NCBI GenBank assembly: GCA_023379075.1 | Contig: JAMCSO010000026.1 | Coordinates: 1 to 37,219 of the forward strand | Origin: Candidatus Marsarchaeota archaeon | Lineage (GTDB): Archaea; Micrarchaeota; Micrarchaeia; Micrarchaeales; CABMGC01 | Length of the DNA: 37,219 nucleotides | Direction: 5' to 3' | Part shown: in pieces, positions 17,874-27,102 of the stretch | Numbering within the stretch: position 1 is the first letter of the stretch | Layout: the number at the start of each line of letters is the position of its first letter | Notes under the pieces: generated by a model | The model's input: only the letters and a program-made list of their open reading frames with translations | Told to the model about the DNA's origin: nothing | The model's database searches: none | Translations under genes and position numbers: made by a program

Positions 17874-17883
17874 TTATTTAAAT
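17874..17883 (+). promoter_or_regulatory. TATA box candidate for the giant surface-protein gene (leaderless geometry)
   Basis: TTATTTAAAT is centred about 25 nt upstream of ATG 17904. Confidence 0.35.
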
Positions 17884-17903
17884 TCTCAATATCATCAATA
17901 TCT

Positions 17904-20900
17904 ATGCTCCGAGAATATCTTATTGTAGCAACAATAGTATTGTCCCTGCTGATTACAGGAGCCAATGCGGTTTCTCCTCCTAATTCCATTATCACATACG
18001 TTCCAATATCTCTTACCAACAGCCAAAGCTCCGCATTCACATACAATTCCCAGGTGATGATATCAGTTAATTCGCTGGCGTACAAGAATCATGAGGCATC
18101 TAACCTCCGGAACATCGAGTTCTTCTATTTTAATGGGACGTTGATACCTAGTTGGCTTGAGGGAAATGCCACAGACGAGCTAAACGCAAAAAGCCTCTAT
18201 ACATCAATGAATACCATTTACTGGCTGAGGATAGTCCCTGCAAACACATTCCTTGCTGCGGATTCTTCAAACACTATATACATGGGTTTCGCTCCTGCCT
18301 CAAACAACCTGATTGACACGGGGATCACCGGCGAGGCCCCGCAACTGAGCTGCTCAGGTAATTCCGTAAATTCAATGGCATGCAATGGCACATACGCCCA
18401 ATATGACAATGGCGGAAACGTCTTCCCACTATATCTCAACTTCAACGGGGTTTCGCAACCCAGCGGCTGGACATCTGTTGACACCGGCGGAAGCTTCACT
18501 TTTGACAATGGGCTCATGGAATTCGCTGCGACTGGCGAGAGCGCAGCCATGTATGAGACAAACGGATTATACAATCCACAAGGCAATGTGATCGATGGCC
18601 TGTTCAGGTCTACTACATCTGGCTCCGATCAGCTTGTCGGTTGGACAGATAGCATTCCGACGGGCAATAATAACTCCTGGCGGGGCATAACCGGCAATGC
18701 CATCGGAGCAGGCGCTGGCGGAGGCTCTCCTGCCAAATTTGAACTCGTTTATGTCGACAACGGAATAAGTTCAAATGTAATGTATTCGGTAAATCCTGGC
18801 ACTCCCTTTGTGGCAAGCGCAAGCTGGCAGGGAAGCAGTGCAAGCGCAACATGGAATTATACAACTTCAGAGACAACGAACTCTGCAGTTTCAGAAAGCA
18901 GTGCATATCCGATGCTCTATGACAACAATGGCCAGACAGCAAGCTATCAATGGTTCAGGATGCGTCTCAATCCTCCGAACGGAGTAATGGCATCAGCACA
19001 ATTTAACAGCCTCGTCAGCCTCTTGCCTTCGCCTTCCATCTCCATTGCCAATGCGATCACGCCAAATTCAATAGACGTCGTTGTCAACTCTCCCTCTGAC
19101 AATGCGCTTGTAACTGCAACATGCTATTCTGGAGACACCTGTCAGATAGATAATTCCGCAGGCAATGTGCTTGCATCTGGCACTACTACTGCGACTCTCA
19201 CATACAACTCTCTGCCTTTGGGTTACTCCACTCTCTATGCAAACGATATAACTGACGGCATGGTCTCTGGCATTGCAAGCGTCACGAGGGTTACAGTTAT
19301 CAATTCCATCCCGTACACGTTCGTGAACAATGGCGATACGCCATTCTCGGCAAACACCTCGCTGAGCATAGACTTCAACGCCCTGGCCAACCAGAGCATA
19401 GAGTCAAACAGCCTGAATAACACATTGATATATTTCAAGAATGGCACTGTTGCGTATTCCTGGATTGAGGGCAACCAACTAAACCAATTCTCCCCAGCCA
19501 ACCAGCTCTACGAAGCAACAAATGTAATCATCTGGTTTAAGTCCCCACCATCCAACACATTCCTGCCTGCCGAAACAAAAGGGATTACCATGGCTACAGT
19601 GTATCTGGGCTTCTCAAATATCTCAAACAACATCATCGACGGCAACTTCACCGGCGAGGCACCATACCTGAGCAACAATTATGCAGAGTATGATAATGGC
19701 GGAAACGTCTTTGAGCTATATTTCAACGGAGATACTCCTATAAACAACTTTACCGTTGGCAACGGCTTCACTCTGACTCATGCTAGTGGTGTTACCATAA
19801 ACAATGAGGTAGTAAATGCGCTTCAAGTGCAGGGTTCATGCAGCTATCCATGCCTTTCTTATGTATATAACAAAGGCGCGCCAAACAAGCCCACAACACT
19901 ACAGGCAGCTGTAGCCAACAACCACCACGGTTCCAACCTTGCATCTATAGATATACAGAATAGCAATACTGCCGAGTCGTCCACCACAGATCTCGAGGCA
20001 GTCTACTCTGGCTACAGCGGCGCAGGTTTCTCCCTGGCTTACATACAATCAGGATCCTACTATGCAAACATTGATTCGCAGGGGAGCGTGACGACCAGCC
20101 TAGACTTTTATACTGTATACTATACTGGCTCTTCAAACAGCAGCTTTAAAGGCAGCATCTCCCCAACACTATACTCTGGCGGGTGGAGCGGCACAGTATC
20201 AACGAACCCACTGGCATCTGACAATACTTTGTACATAGGGGACGGGGTAGGCAACAATCCCAGTACGCCCACGAACGAGTATATCGAGTTTGCGAGAGCG
20301 CTAGTCCCGACCCCCCAAGGAGAATCATCCTCATCTTCTTCTTATACATTGCCAATCATAGCTGCGCCTTCTCCTTCTTCACAAGTCGTCACACAAGGGC
20401 AGAATGCAACCATCAACGACTCAGGGCTTTCCAAAGGCAAGGCACCGTATTCCTATCAATGGTACGCGTCTGTAAGCAGCATTCCCACACAGACAGCTGC
20501 AAATGCCCTTGAAGCAAACACCCTGCTTGGTATCGGCACCACGAGCGGCAAGGCGCAGTCTGAGAACGCACTCTTCACTACGAATGTTGTGACACCCACA
20601 GGCACATACTACTTCATCTTATATGGTACAGATTCGTATGGAACCACTCTCAATACAACTGCCGCATCTGTAACTGTGGTCCAACAACCTTCATCAAGCA
20701 ATGGACCAAGCCCAGAGAGGCAGATAACAATATCAGACAACATAAACTCTGCTTCAGATTCATCAGCGCCCGTAATCACCCTCAATTCTATAAAATATTA
20801 TCAGAACCAGCTACCTGCCAAAATCTTTATAGGCCCAAATACTGCAAATGTGATCTTCTCCTGCTCCGTGATCATAGGCAGCAACACCTTCGCCTACCAG

Positions 20901-21635
20901 AGCGATGTCTATGGGCTTGGGGAGGGATATTTTTGCAACCAGACATACATGACTTCTGTAGCTAACATTGAGGTTATATATGCAATGGAAAGCAGCACTA
21001 CGACTACTACAACAACGTCTATCACGACCTCAGCATCAACCACCACTTCAACAGTCTCTTCCACCACCATACCTTCTACTACAATCATCCCAATTCTGCC
21101 AATACCTGAATTTGAGCACTTGCTCGTTAACATATCAGCAGATTCACCAGCAACAATAAACATTACCGCATATGGCATACAGCTCGCCTTGATGACCACA
21201 TCGAACGTAATCACTCCTGTCAACGTGACCATATCAAATGTAACTAGGTACAGCTCCACACCGAGAAATTACAGTAAGATAGCCGTATTCGAACTTAATG
21301 AATCGCCTTCAGAGAACATAAGCGTCAACGTCGCCTTCTCGTTTGAGTGCAGTGCTGGACACACTCCCGTACCATTCATGCTTGTGAATGGGACATGGCA
21401 GCAGGTATACAACGCAGTGGCGCTGCAGAATCCTTGCAGGATAACCTTACTGGCACCATCAGGGCATCAGGTTGGCATATTCCAACCTGCGTCATCTTCA
21501 TCAAATGTGCCAACAGAAAATGTCTCGGAAACCACGACCAACTACTACCTAACTTACGCCACAGTTGCCATAATCAGCATACTAATACTATTCACGTACA
21601 CGAGAAGAAGGAAAAGGAAAGCATCACAATCATGA
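17904..21635 (+). CDS. giant cell-surface (S-layer/adhesin-like) glycoprotein candidate with two DUF2341-like modules
   Basis: Signal peptide 'MLREYLIVATIVLSLLITGANA'. Two paralogous modules (about 17982..18450 and 19302..19730) share 'GEAP...Y[AQ][EQ]YDNGGNVF'. Thr/Ser-rich stalk ('ESSTTTTTTTSITTSASTTTSTVSSTT'), then a C-terminal TM helix plus 'RRRKRK' tail. About 25 N-x-S/T sequons counted by eye. Confidence 0.85.
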   Translation: MLREYLIVATIVLSLLITGANAVSPPNSIITYVPISLTNSQSSAFTYNSQVMISVNSLAYKNHEASNLRNIEFFYFNGTLIPSWLEGNATDELNAKSLYTSMNTIYWLRIVPANTFLAADSSNTIYMGFAPASNNLIDTGITGEAPQLSCSGNSVNSMACNGTYAQYDNGGNVFPLYLNFNGVSQPSGWTSVDTGGSFTFDNGLMEFAATGESAAMYETNGLYNPQGNVIDGLFRSTTSGSDQLVGWTDSIPTGNNNSWRGITGNAIGAGAGGGSPAKFELVYVDNGISSNVMYSVNPGTPFVASASWQGSSASATWNYTTSETTNSAVSESSAYPMLYDNNGQTASYQWFRMRLNPPNGVMASAQFNSLVSLLPSPSISIANAITPNSIDVVVNSPSDNALVTATCYSGDTCQIDNSAGNVLASGTTTATLTYNSLPLGYSTLYANDITDGMVSGIASVTRVTVINSIPYTFVNNGDTPFSANTSLSIDFNALANQSIESNSLNNTLIYFKNGTVAYSWIEGNQLNQFSPANQLYEATNVIIWFKSPPSNTFLPAETKGITMATVYLGFSNISNNIIDGNFTGEAPYLSNNYAEYDNGGNVFELYFNGDTPINNFTVGNGFTLTHASGVTINNEVVNALQVQGSCSYPCLSYVYNKGAPNKPTTLQAAVANNHHGSNLASIDIQNSNTAESSTTDLEAVYSGYSGAGFSLAYIQSGSYYANIDSQGSVTTSLDFYTVYYTGSSNSSFKGSISPTLYSGGWSGTVSTNPLASDNTLYIGDGVGNNPSTPTNEYIEFARALVPTPQGESSSSSSYTLPIIAAPSPSSQVVTQGQNATINDSGLSKGKAPYSYQWYASVSSIPTQTAANALEANTLLGIGTTSGKAQSENALFTTNVVTPTGTYYFILYGTDSYGTTLNTTAASVTVVQQPSSSNGPSPERQITISDNINSASDSSAPVITLNSIKYYQNQLPAKIFIGPNTANVIFSCSVIIGSNTFAYQSDVYGLGEGYFCNQTYMTSVANIEVIYAMESSTTTTTTTSITTSASTTTSTVSSTTIPSTTIIPILPIPEFEHLLVNISADSPATINITAYGIQLALMTTSNVITPVNVTISNVTRYSSTPRNYSKIAVFELNESPSENISVNVAFSFECSAGHTPVPFMLVNGTWQQVYNAVALQNPCRITLLAPSGHQVGIFQPASSSSNVPTENVSETTTNYYLTYATVAIISILILFTYTRRRKRKASQS

Positions 21636-22011
21636 AGGTAATCCCGGCCTTCCCGAAAGCGATTTAATATACGGCCATCATACATATGGAATTCTAAACA
21701 AAGCCAGCCGCGATACTTGCAATTCATGCTCTGCAAATCTTTCTTTATCGATCCATAGCGCGGCTCTCTTCGCCTCTTGAAGCGCTGCATGTGGGTCTCA
21801 TCACTATTCGCAAGATCTCTAGATGCCATTTCGGCGCAGTCTGGCCTGCATCTAGATATAGCTTGTTGAAAGTCTCTAAAAGCCAACCCGAACCCGCGTT
21901 TTCTGATTTCCTGCTTGGTGTCTTGCCTCTGGTTTTGAACCCAGAGCCATAGATGCTAGATTTCAATGGGGCTGCCGAGATCTGAACTCCTTGTGTCATG
22001 TCCCATAGAAA

Positions 22012-22086
22012 CGGGCATGACGGGATTTGAACCCGCAACCACCTGGTCCGAAGCCAAGTGCGCTATCCAAGTTGCGCCACATGCCC
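22012..22086 (-). tRNA. tRNA-Arg (anticodon UCG)
   Basis: Hand-folded from the reverse complement: acceptor GGGCATG/CATGCCC, D-stem GCGC/GCGC, anticodon stem CTTGG/CCAGG with loop CTTCGGA, T-arm GCGGG-TTCAAAT-CCCGT, discriminator G. 75 nt. Confidence 0.9.
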
Positions 22087-22181
22087 ACATCTATAATAAG
22101 CTGTGCAGTAGCTAAATACCTAACTGAAGAGCGCAACACCAAACCTTTTAACTTTTCATGATTATGTATTAATGTGATTTC

Positions 22182-22661
22182 ATGGTTGCTATAGGCGAGA
22201 AGACCCCAGACGTTAATCTTGTAGATACAGAACTCAGGCATACAAATCTTTCAAAAGCGATAGCAGGAAAGCCTGCAATAATAGCATTCTTTCCAGGAGC
22301 CTTTACCAGCGTCTGCACTGCAGAGCTATGCAAGTTCCGGGACAGCATGTCTGAATTTAACTCTATCAACGGAAGTGTTTATGCGATAAGTGTAGACGGA
22401 CCCTTCTCAAACAAGGCCTTCAAGGAGAAAAACCGCCTGAACTTCACAATACTTAGTGACTATAAGCGCGAAGCGGTAAAACTGTTCGGTATAGAACTGA
22501 ATAATTTTGCTAACCTTTCAGGCTATACTGCTGCAAAGAGAGCTGTTTTCATAACAGATCATAAAGGAACCGTGCGCTACAAATGGGTATCTGATGATCC
22601 AACAGTCGAGCCAAATTACAATGAGATAAAGAGGGCATTGGAATCTGCAAGCAAGGAATAA
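22182..22661 (+). CDS. bcp: peroxiredoxin (BCP/PrxQ-like, CxxxxC)
   Basis: 'AIIAFFPGAFTSVCTAELCKF' thioredoxin-fold peroxidatic Cys motif. 159 aa. Confidence 0.85.
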   Translation: MVAIGEKTPDVNLVDTELRHTNLSKAIAGKPAIIAFFPGAFTSVCTAELCKFRDSMSEFNSINGSVYAISVDGPFSNKAFKEKNRLNFTILSDYKREAVKLFGIELNNFANLSGYTAAKRAVFITDHKGTVRYKWVSDDPTVEPNYNEIKRALESASKE

Positions 22662-22686
22662 TAAAAATGAACCAATGATTTATGCC

Positions 22687-23103
22687 TTATGCCTCTACTC
22701 TCTCAACCATCTCAAGTCCATTAATGAACTCTTCCCTTATTTTTCCAAGAAGCTCCTTGTATTCTTTTCTCTCCTCCTTCGGTATTATGTGAAATAGCCA
22801 CATGGAGAACAGGTGGTCATTGATGTTTGAATTTACAACCTCCTCAACATCACCCTCACTAATGTCCTTCCACTTATCATTAAATGCGACAGCAGTCTCG
22901 CCGCTTATTGCATCCTTATCAAAATCTCCATCTCCGTGTACATATTTAAACGTCTTCCAAGAATGGTTTGAGGACAAGGCAGCTATAAGCATAGCTTTTT
23001 TTCTGAATTCAGCATCTTCCTGACAAAAATTTTTTTTCTTCGCAACCTTTTTTACCACAGAAACAAAGTACCCGTATTTATTGAAGATCATCCTATTTGG
23101 CAT
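22687..23103 (-). CDS. hypothetical protein
   Basis: 138 aa from ATG 23103, charged and helical. No family recognised. Confidence 0.5.
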   Translation of the reverse strand: MPNRMIFNKYGYFVSVVKKVAKKKNFCQEDAEFRKKAMLIAALSSNHSWKTFKYVHGDGDFDKDAISGETAVAFNDKWKDISEGDVEEVVNSNINDHLFSMWLFHIIPKEERKEYKELLGKIREEFINGLEMVERVEA

Positions 23104-23300
23104 CCAATCAACCACACATTCCCTATCTTATTAGAGAGCATATGCTTAATAAGACTACTGATGAATACCTTCTATTCCGAGCATAATTGATGAATTTAAT
23201 CTTCGTTGTGCTTTCCTTACATCTAGTCTAAAAGTACCACTTGAAGAAAACCTTATATAAATATTCATTACAATTGTTAAATCTAATTGCATGTGATTGT

Positions 23301-23726
23301 ATGATAACAGGAATAGAAATAAGCAAGGTAGAAGCGAATAGGAATCTCAATGATGTTATATCTAACATGAAATTCAATATCAACTTCGATGATGTTAAAG
23401 TCGAGAACGAAACAGTGAACGTTGCGTTTACTTTTACTGCAGTATATGAGAAAGGCGAACCCAGCAGCGAAGAGACTGTCGGAGATCTCAAGATAATTGG
23501 AACAATAATATCAAAAGAGGGAAAGAAGGAGACAGAAGAAATCAGCTCAACATGGAAGAGCAAGAAAACACTTCCAATAAGGTTCGCAGAAGATGTCATA
23601 AACCTTCTCAACTTTGAATGCGGAGCAAGAGGCACCCTGGTAGCATACTCTATAGGATTTGCAGCGCCTCTCCCATTATCGAGGGCAAAGCTCCAAGAGA
23701 CTAATGTGGGTTCAGGAGCCGCATAA
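23301..23726 (+). CDS. hypothetical protein (pattern faintly reminiscent of SecB-like chaperone fold)
   Basis: 141 aa from ATG 23301. Alternating beta-like N-half and a 'LLNFECGARGTLVAYSIGFAAPLPL' C-half. The assignment is a by-eye impression only. Confidence 0.5.
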   Translation: MITGIEISKVEANRNLNDVISNMKFNINFDDVKVENETVNVAFTFTAVYEKGEPSSEETVGDLKIIGTIISKEGKKETEEISSTWKSKKTLPIRFAEDVINLLNFECGARGTLVAYSIGFAAPLPLSRAKLQETNVGSGAA

Positions 23727-23787
23727 TCCCGCTCTCTTTTTATTTTCTCTTTCAGGCACCATCTTTGGTGCACTGCCTGTGATTGTG

Positions 23788-26199
23788 ATGGAAGAAAAGG
23801 AGATATCAGGCATAGTTCTAGATGTGGATTATGTAACTATTGATGGGAATAGCAGAATACGAGTAACCCTAAAGAGTTCTGGAAAGACAATTCCATTGAT
23901 CGATCCGGAATTCAGACCCTATTTTTATCTAATACCAAAGAGCCCAAATTTTGGTCAGGAATCTCTTGCATCAACAACCATAATTGAGAATGGCGAGACG
24001 ATACGCGTTGCATCTGTGGGTTCTGCTGATGTAAGCCTCTCAGGAAAGCCCGCAAAGGCATTCAAGATCTTTGTAGAGAATACAAAACACGTTCCAAAAC
24101 TGAAAGACTACTTTGCGGAGTTTGGTGTATGCTACGAATACGATATCCTTTTCTGGAAGCGCTACCTGATCGATAAGCAAATAGTCCCTCTTCAAGGCGT
24201 ACTTGCAAAAGTTGAGGAGAGAGACAACACTCTTCTAATAAAAGAGATCCTGCCCGCAAAGGCTCCTGAAGAGAAATTAACACACATCTGCTTTGACATA
24301 GAGACGTATAACCCCCTAGGAATACCGAGACCGGACAAAGATCCTGTCATAATGATAAGCTATACTGACGCCCAGAAGAGCGCGATGCTTACTTTCAAAG
24401 AAGTAAGCAAGAACTTTGTAACTACACTATCTAGTGAGAGGGAGATAATATCTGAGTTTGTTAGTATAATCAGGAGAGGAGACTACGACCTGATTGTAGG
24501 CTACAACTCATCAAATTTTGATATACCTTATCTAATGGATCGTGCAGACGCAAACAAGGTTGATTTCAGCATATCAAGATATGGTGAGAAGGCAAGAAAA
24601 GAACATCATGGTCTGGTCGAAACAGTAAAAATTCCTGGAAGAATAAACTTGGATATTTACACTGTGGTCAAGTTCGTGTACATCGTTGGTGCATCTGAAA
24701 AATTGATAAAGGTCAATAGGCTTACTCTCGGAGACGTTTATGCAGCAATAACTGGTGACAAAAAATTAATGGTGGAAAAACGCGAAATCTGGCAGATGTG
24801 GGATGGTCCAAAAGAAGAATTAGATGAACTGTCAGAGTACTCAATGGCAGATTCCATCTCCTTAAATAAACTATTTGAATTCTTCATGCCCTTAGAGATA
24901 GAAATATCCAAAGTCGCAGGGACAACCCTCGCGGAGACCAGCATATCAACAACCGGCCAGCTTGTAGAGCACATTCTCATGCGATACGCCAGAGAAAATA
25001 ATGAGATGATACCAAACAAACCCTCAGAACGCGATATAAAAAATAGGCTAAGTAATCCAATAGAGGGCGCGTATGTCAAGTCTCCAGAAGCCGGAATATA
25101 TGATAATATAGCAGTATTCGACTTCCGCAGCCTATATCCTTCAATAATAATAGCGCATAATATAGACCCATCAACAATCTGCGATGATGAAAACAAAGAT
25201 CATTTTTCAACCCCAATAAACACGATGTTCAAAAAGAGCCCCACAGGTATAATCCCAAAAGTCCTCCGCATGCTCATAAACGAGAGAAAGGAAGTCAAAA
25301 AAGCGTACAAAGAGGATCCAAACAACATCTCTCTCGGAGCAAGATCTCAGGCACTCAAGATAATCGCAAATTCCTTTTATGGGTATCTTGGCTATGCCAG
25401 ATCCAGGTGGTATTCCAGGGATTGTGCTGCCAGCGTTACCGCCCTTGGGAGAGCTTACATAACGAAGATCATGGAAGATGCAGAAAGATCCGGTTTCAAG
25501 GTTCTTTACGGAGATACAGATTCCATCTTTCTCCAGCTTGGTTCTAAGAGTAAAGAAGACGCTATTGGATTCATGAGGAAAGTAAACGAATCCCTTCCTG
25601 ATACGATGGAGCTCGAGCTAGACGACCTATACACTCGCGGAGTATTCGTTGGAAAACGCGGGAGCAGTGGCGGCGCAAAGAAGAAGTATGCAATGCTCTC
25701 AGAATCCGGAAGAATAAAAATAAAAGGATTCGAGCTTGTAAGAAGGGATTGGTCTAATATCGCAAGAGAGACACAGAAGAAGGTACTGGAAACCATACTA
25801 AAGGAAGGCAGCAAGGAGAAGGCGGTCAATATACTCCGCGATGTTGTAAGTGACCTGAAGGCAGGGACTGTCGAGAAAAAGGACCTGGTAATATATACTC
25901 AACTCAGAAAGAAGATAGATAGCTACGACTCCACCTCCCCAGAGCTCGCCGCAGCAAAGAAGGCAATAAAGAGGGGAGACAAAAGGCGCGACGAGTTGGA
26001 AAATGCGGCTCTTGGATATATAATAACAAAAACAGGGAGCAGCATATCAGACAAAGCAGAGTTAGAGGAATTCGCAAAAGATTATGATCCTGACTATTAC
26101 ATCAATCACCAAGTAATTCCCGCAACCCTGAAGATACTGAAAGAGTTGGGTTTCTCCGAAGACGAATTGAAGAATGGCGGAGCCCAAAAAAGACTGTGA
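23788..26199 (+). CDS. polB: family B DNA polymerase
   Basis: Exo I 'FDIETY', Exo II 'YNSSNFDIPYL', motif A 'DFRSLYPSIIIAHN', motif B 'KIIANSFYGYLG', motif C 'YGDTDS'. 803 aa from ATG 23788, no intein. Confidence 0.95.
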   Translation: MEEKEISGIVLDVDYVTIDGNSRIRVTLKSSGKTIPLIDPEFRPYFYLIPKSPNFGQESLASTTIIENGETIRVASVGSADVSLSGKPAKAFKIFVENTKHVPKLKDYFAEFGVCYEYDILFWKRYLIDKQIVPLQGVLAKVEERDNTLLIKEILPAKAPEEKLTHICFDIETYNPLGIPRPDKDPVIMISYTDAQKSAMLTFKEVSKNFVTTLSSEREIISEFVSIIRRGDYDLIVGYNSSNFDIPYLMDRADANKVDFSISRYGEKARKEHHGLVETVKIPGRINLDIYTVVKFVYIVGASEKLIKVNRLTLGDVYAAITGDKKLMVEKREIWQMWDGPKEELDELSEYSMADSISLNKLFEFFMPLEIEISKVAGTTLAETSISTTGQLVEHILMRYARENNEMIPNKPSERDIKNRLSNPIEGAYVKSPEAGIYDNIAVFDFRSLYPSIIIAHNIDPSTICDDENKDHFSTPINTMFKKSPTGIIPKVLRMLINERKEVKKAYKEDPNNISLGARSQALKIIANSFYGYLGYARSRWYSRDCAASVTALGRAYITKIMEDAERSGFKVLYGDTDSIFLQLGSKSKEDAIGFMRKVNESLPDTMELELDDLYTRGVFVGKRGSSGGAKKKYAMLSESGRIKIKGFELVRRDWSNIARETQKKVLETILKEGSKEKAVNILRDVVSDLKAGTVEKKDLVIYTQLRKKIDSYDSTSPELAAAKKAIKRGDKRRDELENAALGYIITKTGSSISDKAELEEFAKDYDPDYYINHQVIPATLKILKELGFSEDELKNGGAQKRL

Positions 26200-26203
26200 T
26201 ACA

Positions 26204-27100
26204 ATGGCAGAATATAATTTCGAAGAACTCAAAAAAGTGGCTAAAGCATCGAGCGAAGCGCTTGAGCATTCGCGCAGTGCAGTAAAGGATGGGAGAACCC
26301 TCTTGGAAGTTGCCGAAGAGATAGAATCTTTCATTAAAAATAAGGGATATGCTCTTGCATTTCCCGTGAACATCTCTATAAATGAGATAGCGGCACACTA
26401 TACTCCCGGGCGCGATGATACTTCTGTTTTCGAAAAAGGGGATGTTGTAAAGATAGACCTTGGCGCAAGAAAAGGCTTTTATCTGGGGGACTGCGCTATA
26501 ACAATAGACCTCTCTGAAGGCGAACATGAAAAGATGATACATGCTGCCGAGGAGGCTCTGGAAGCTGCGACAAGCCTGGTAAAAGCTGGCAGGAGGGTTT
26601 GCGAGATCGGGGGGGAGATAGAATCCGTCTCCAAGAAGTACGGCTTTATCCCTGTAAAAAACCTCGGTGGTCACTGTATAGAGGAAGAGGAACTGCACGC
26701 AAGCATATTCATTCCAAATTACGACAATGGTGATCAGACAACGCTGGAGGAAGGTCAGATAATATCAATAGAGCCATTCCTTACAAACGGGGCTGGTTTT
26801 GTGAAAGAGACAGAAACTGTTGGGATATTCCAGAAAGGAGGAGATATCCGAACACGACTACCAGCCACAAGAGAAATCGTTGAGTACATAGATAAAAATT
26901 ATTTAACGTATCCTTTTGCAATGAGATGGCTTGAACGGTCGTTTGATAGCTTTAAGGCCAGAAGGGCTATCTCAGAGCTCCTCGGAGGTGGCGTTCTGGA
27001 AGAGTTTCCAGTCCTTGTCGAAGAAAAAGGCGGGATTGTTGTCCAGGCAGAGAAGGAATTCATTGTAGAGAAAGATTCGTGCACAGTGCTTACTCGCTGA
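26204..27100 (+). CDS. map: methionine aminopeptidase, type 2 (archaeal)
   Basis: 'AFPVNISINEIAAHYTP', 'VKIDLGA', 'GHCIEEEELHA' metal-ligand contexts, with the inserted helical subdomain typical of type 2. ATG 26204 lies just after the polB stop. Confidence 0.9.
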   Translation: MAEYNFEELKKVAKASSEALEHSRSAVKDGRTLLEVAEEIESFIKNKGYALAFPVNISINEIAAHYTPGRDDTSVFEKGDVVKIDLGARKGFYLGDCAITIDLSEGEHEKMIHAAEEALEAATSLVKAGRRVCEIGGEIESVSKKYGFIPVKNLGGHCIEEEELHASIFIPNYDNGDQTTLEEGQIISIEPFLTNGAGFVKETETVGIFQKGGDIRTRLPATREIVEYIDKNYLTYPFAMRWLERSFDSFKARRAISELLGGGVLEEFPVLVEEKGGIVVQAEKEFIVEKDSCTVLTR

Positions 27101-27102
27101 AG

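Noticed and set aside
18402-19711. Two 23-nt segments identical except for one base (TATGA[C/T]AATGGCGGAAACGTCTT at 18402..18424 and 19689..19711), considered as a possible DGR template/variable repeat pair.
   Set aside because: No reverse transcriptase is nearby, and the single difference is a C/T change rather than adenine-specific. The flanks are only about 70% identical. This is the conserved YDNGGNVF motif of an ordinary internal domain duplication.
945-21259. Numerous 60-150-codon antisense or out-of-frame ORFs in the track (e.g. 945..1172, 2006..2299, 3335..3592, 7536..7880, 12986..13417, 18218..18586, 20909..21259, 24738..25196, 26102..26698, 30253..30756).
   Set aside because: Each lies entirely inside a well-supported gene on the other strand or frame. 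They have biased Ser/Leu/Arg/Cys composition and no motifs, so they are shadow ORFs.
21554-21886. 110-codon minus-strand ORF (and a 97-codon ORF at 21745..22038) in the orphan region after the giant gene.
   Set aside because: The first overlaps the giant gene's 3' end by 82 nt, and its hydrophobic tail is simply the antisense of the TM anchor. The second runs into tRNA-Arg. Both are Arg/Cys-rich with no recognisable family. I treat the region as non-coding (see finding), but a short real peptide cannot be excluded.
21915-21952. tRNA-like T-arm on the minus strand (CTCTGG-GTTCAAAA-CCAGAG followed by ...ACACCA), suggestive of a second tRNA or a split-tRNA 3' half.
   Set aside because: The loop is 8 nt and the stem 6 bp rather than the canonical 5 bp/7 nt. 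No complementary acceptor 5' strand (GTCTTGC) or anticodon arm could be found upstream.
23659-23787. 43-codon upstream extension of polB overlapping the end of gene 23301..23726.
   Set aside because: There is no PolB-like sequence in it. The typical archaeal PolB N-terminus ('ISGIVLDVDYVTIDG') begins just after ATG 23788.
26174-26203. MetAP start at ATG 26174, overlapping the polB stop by 26 nt.
   Set aside because: The 10 extra residues (MAEPKKDCDT) are not MetAP-like. ATG 26204, 5 nt after the polB stop, gives the usual N-terminus. The earlier start cannot be strictly excluded.
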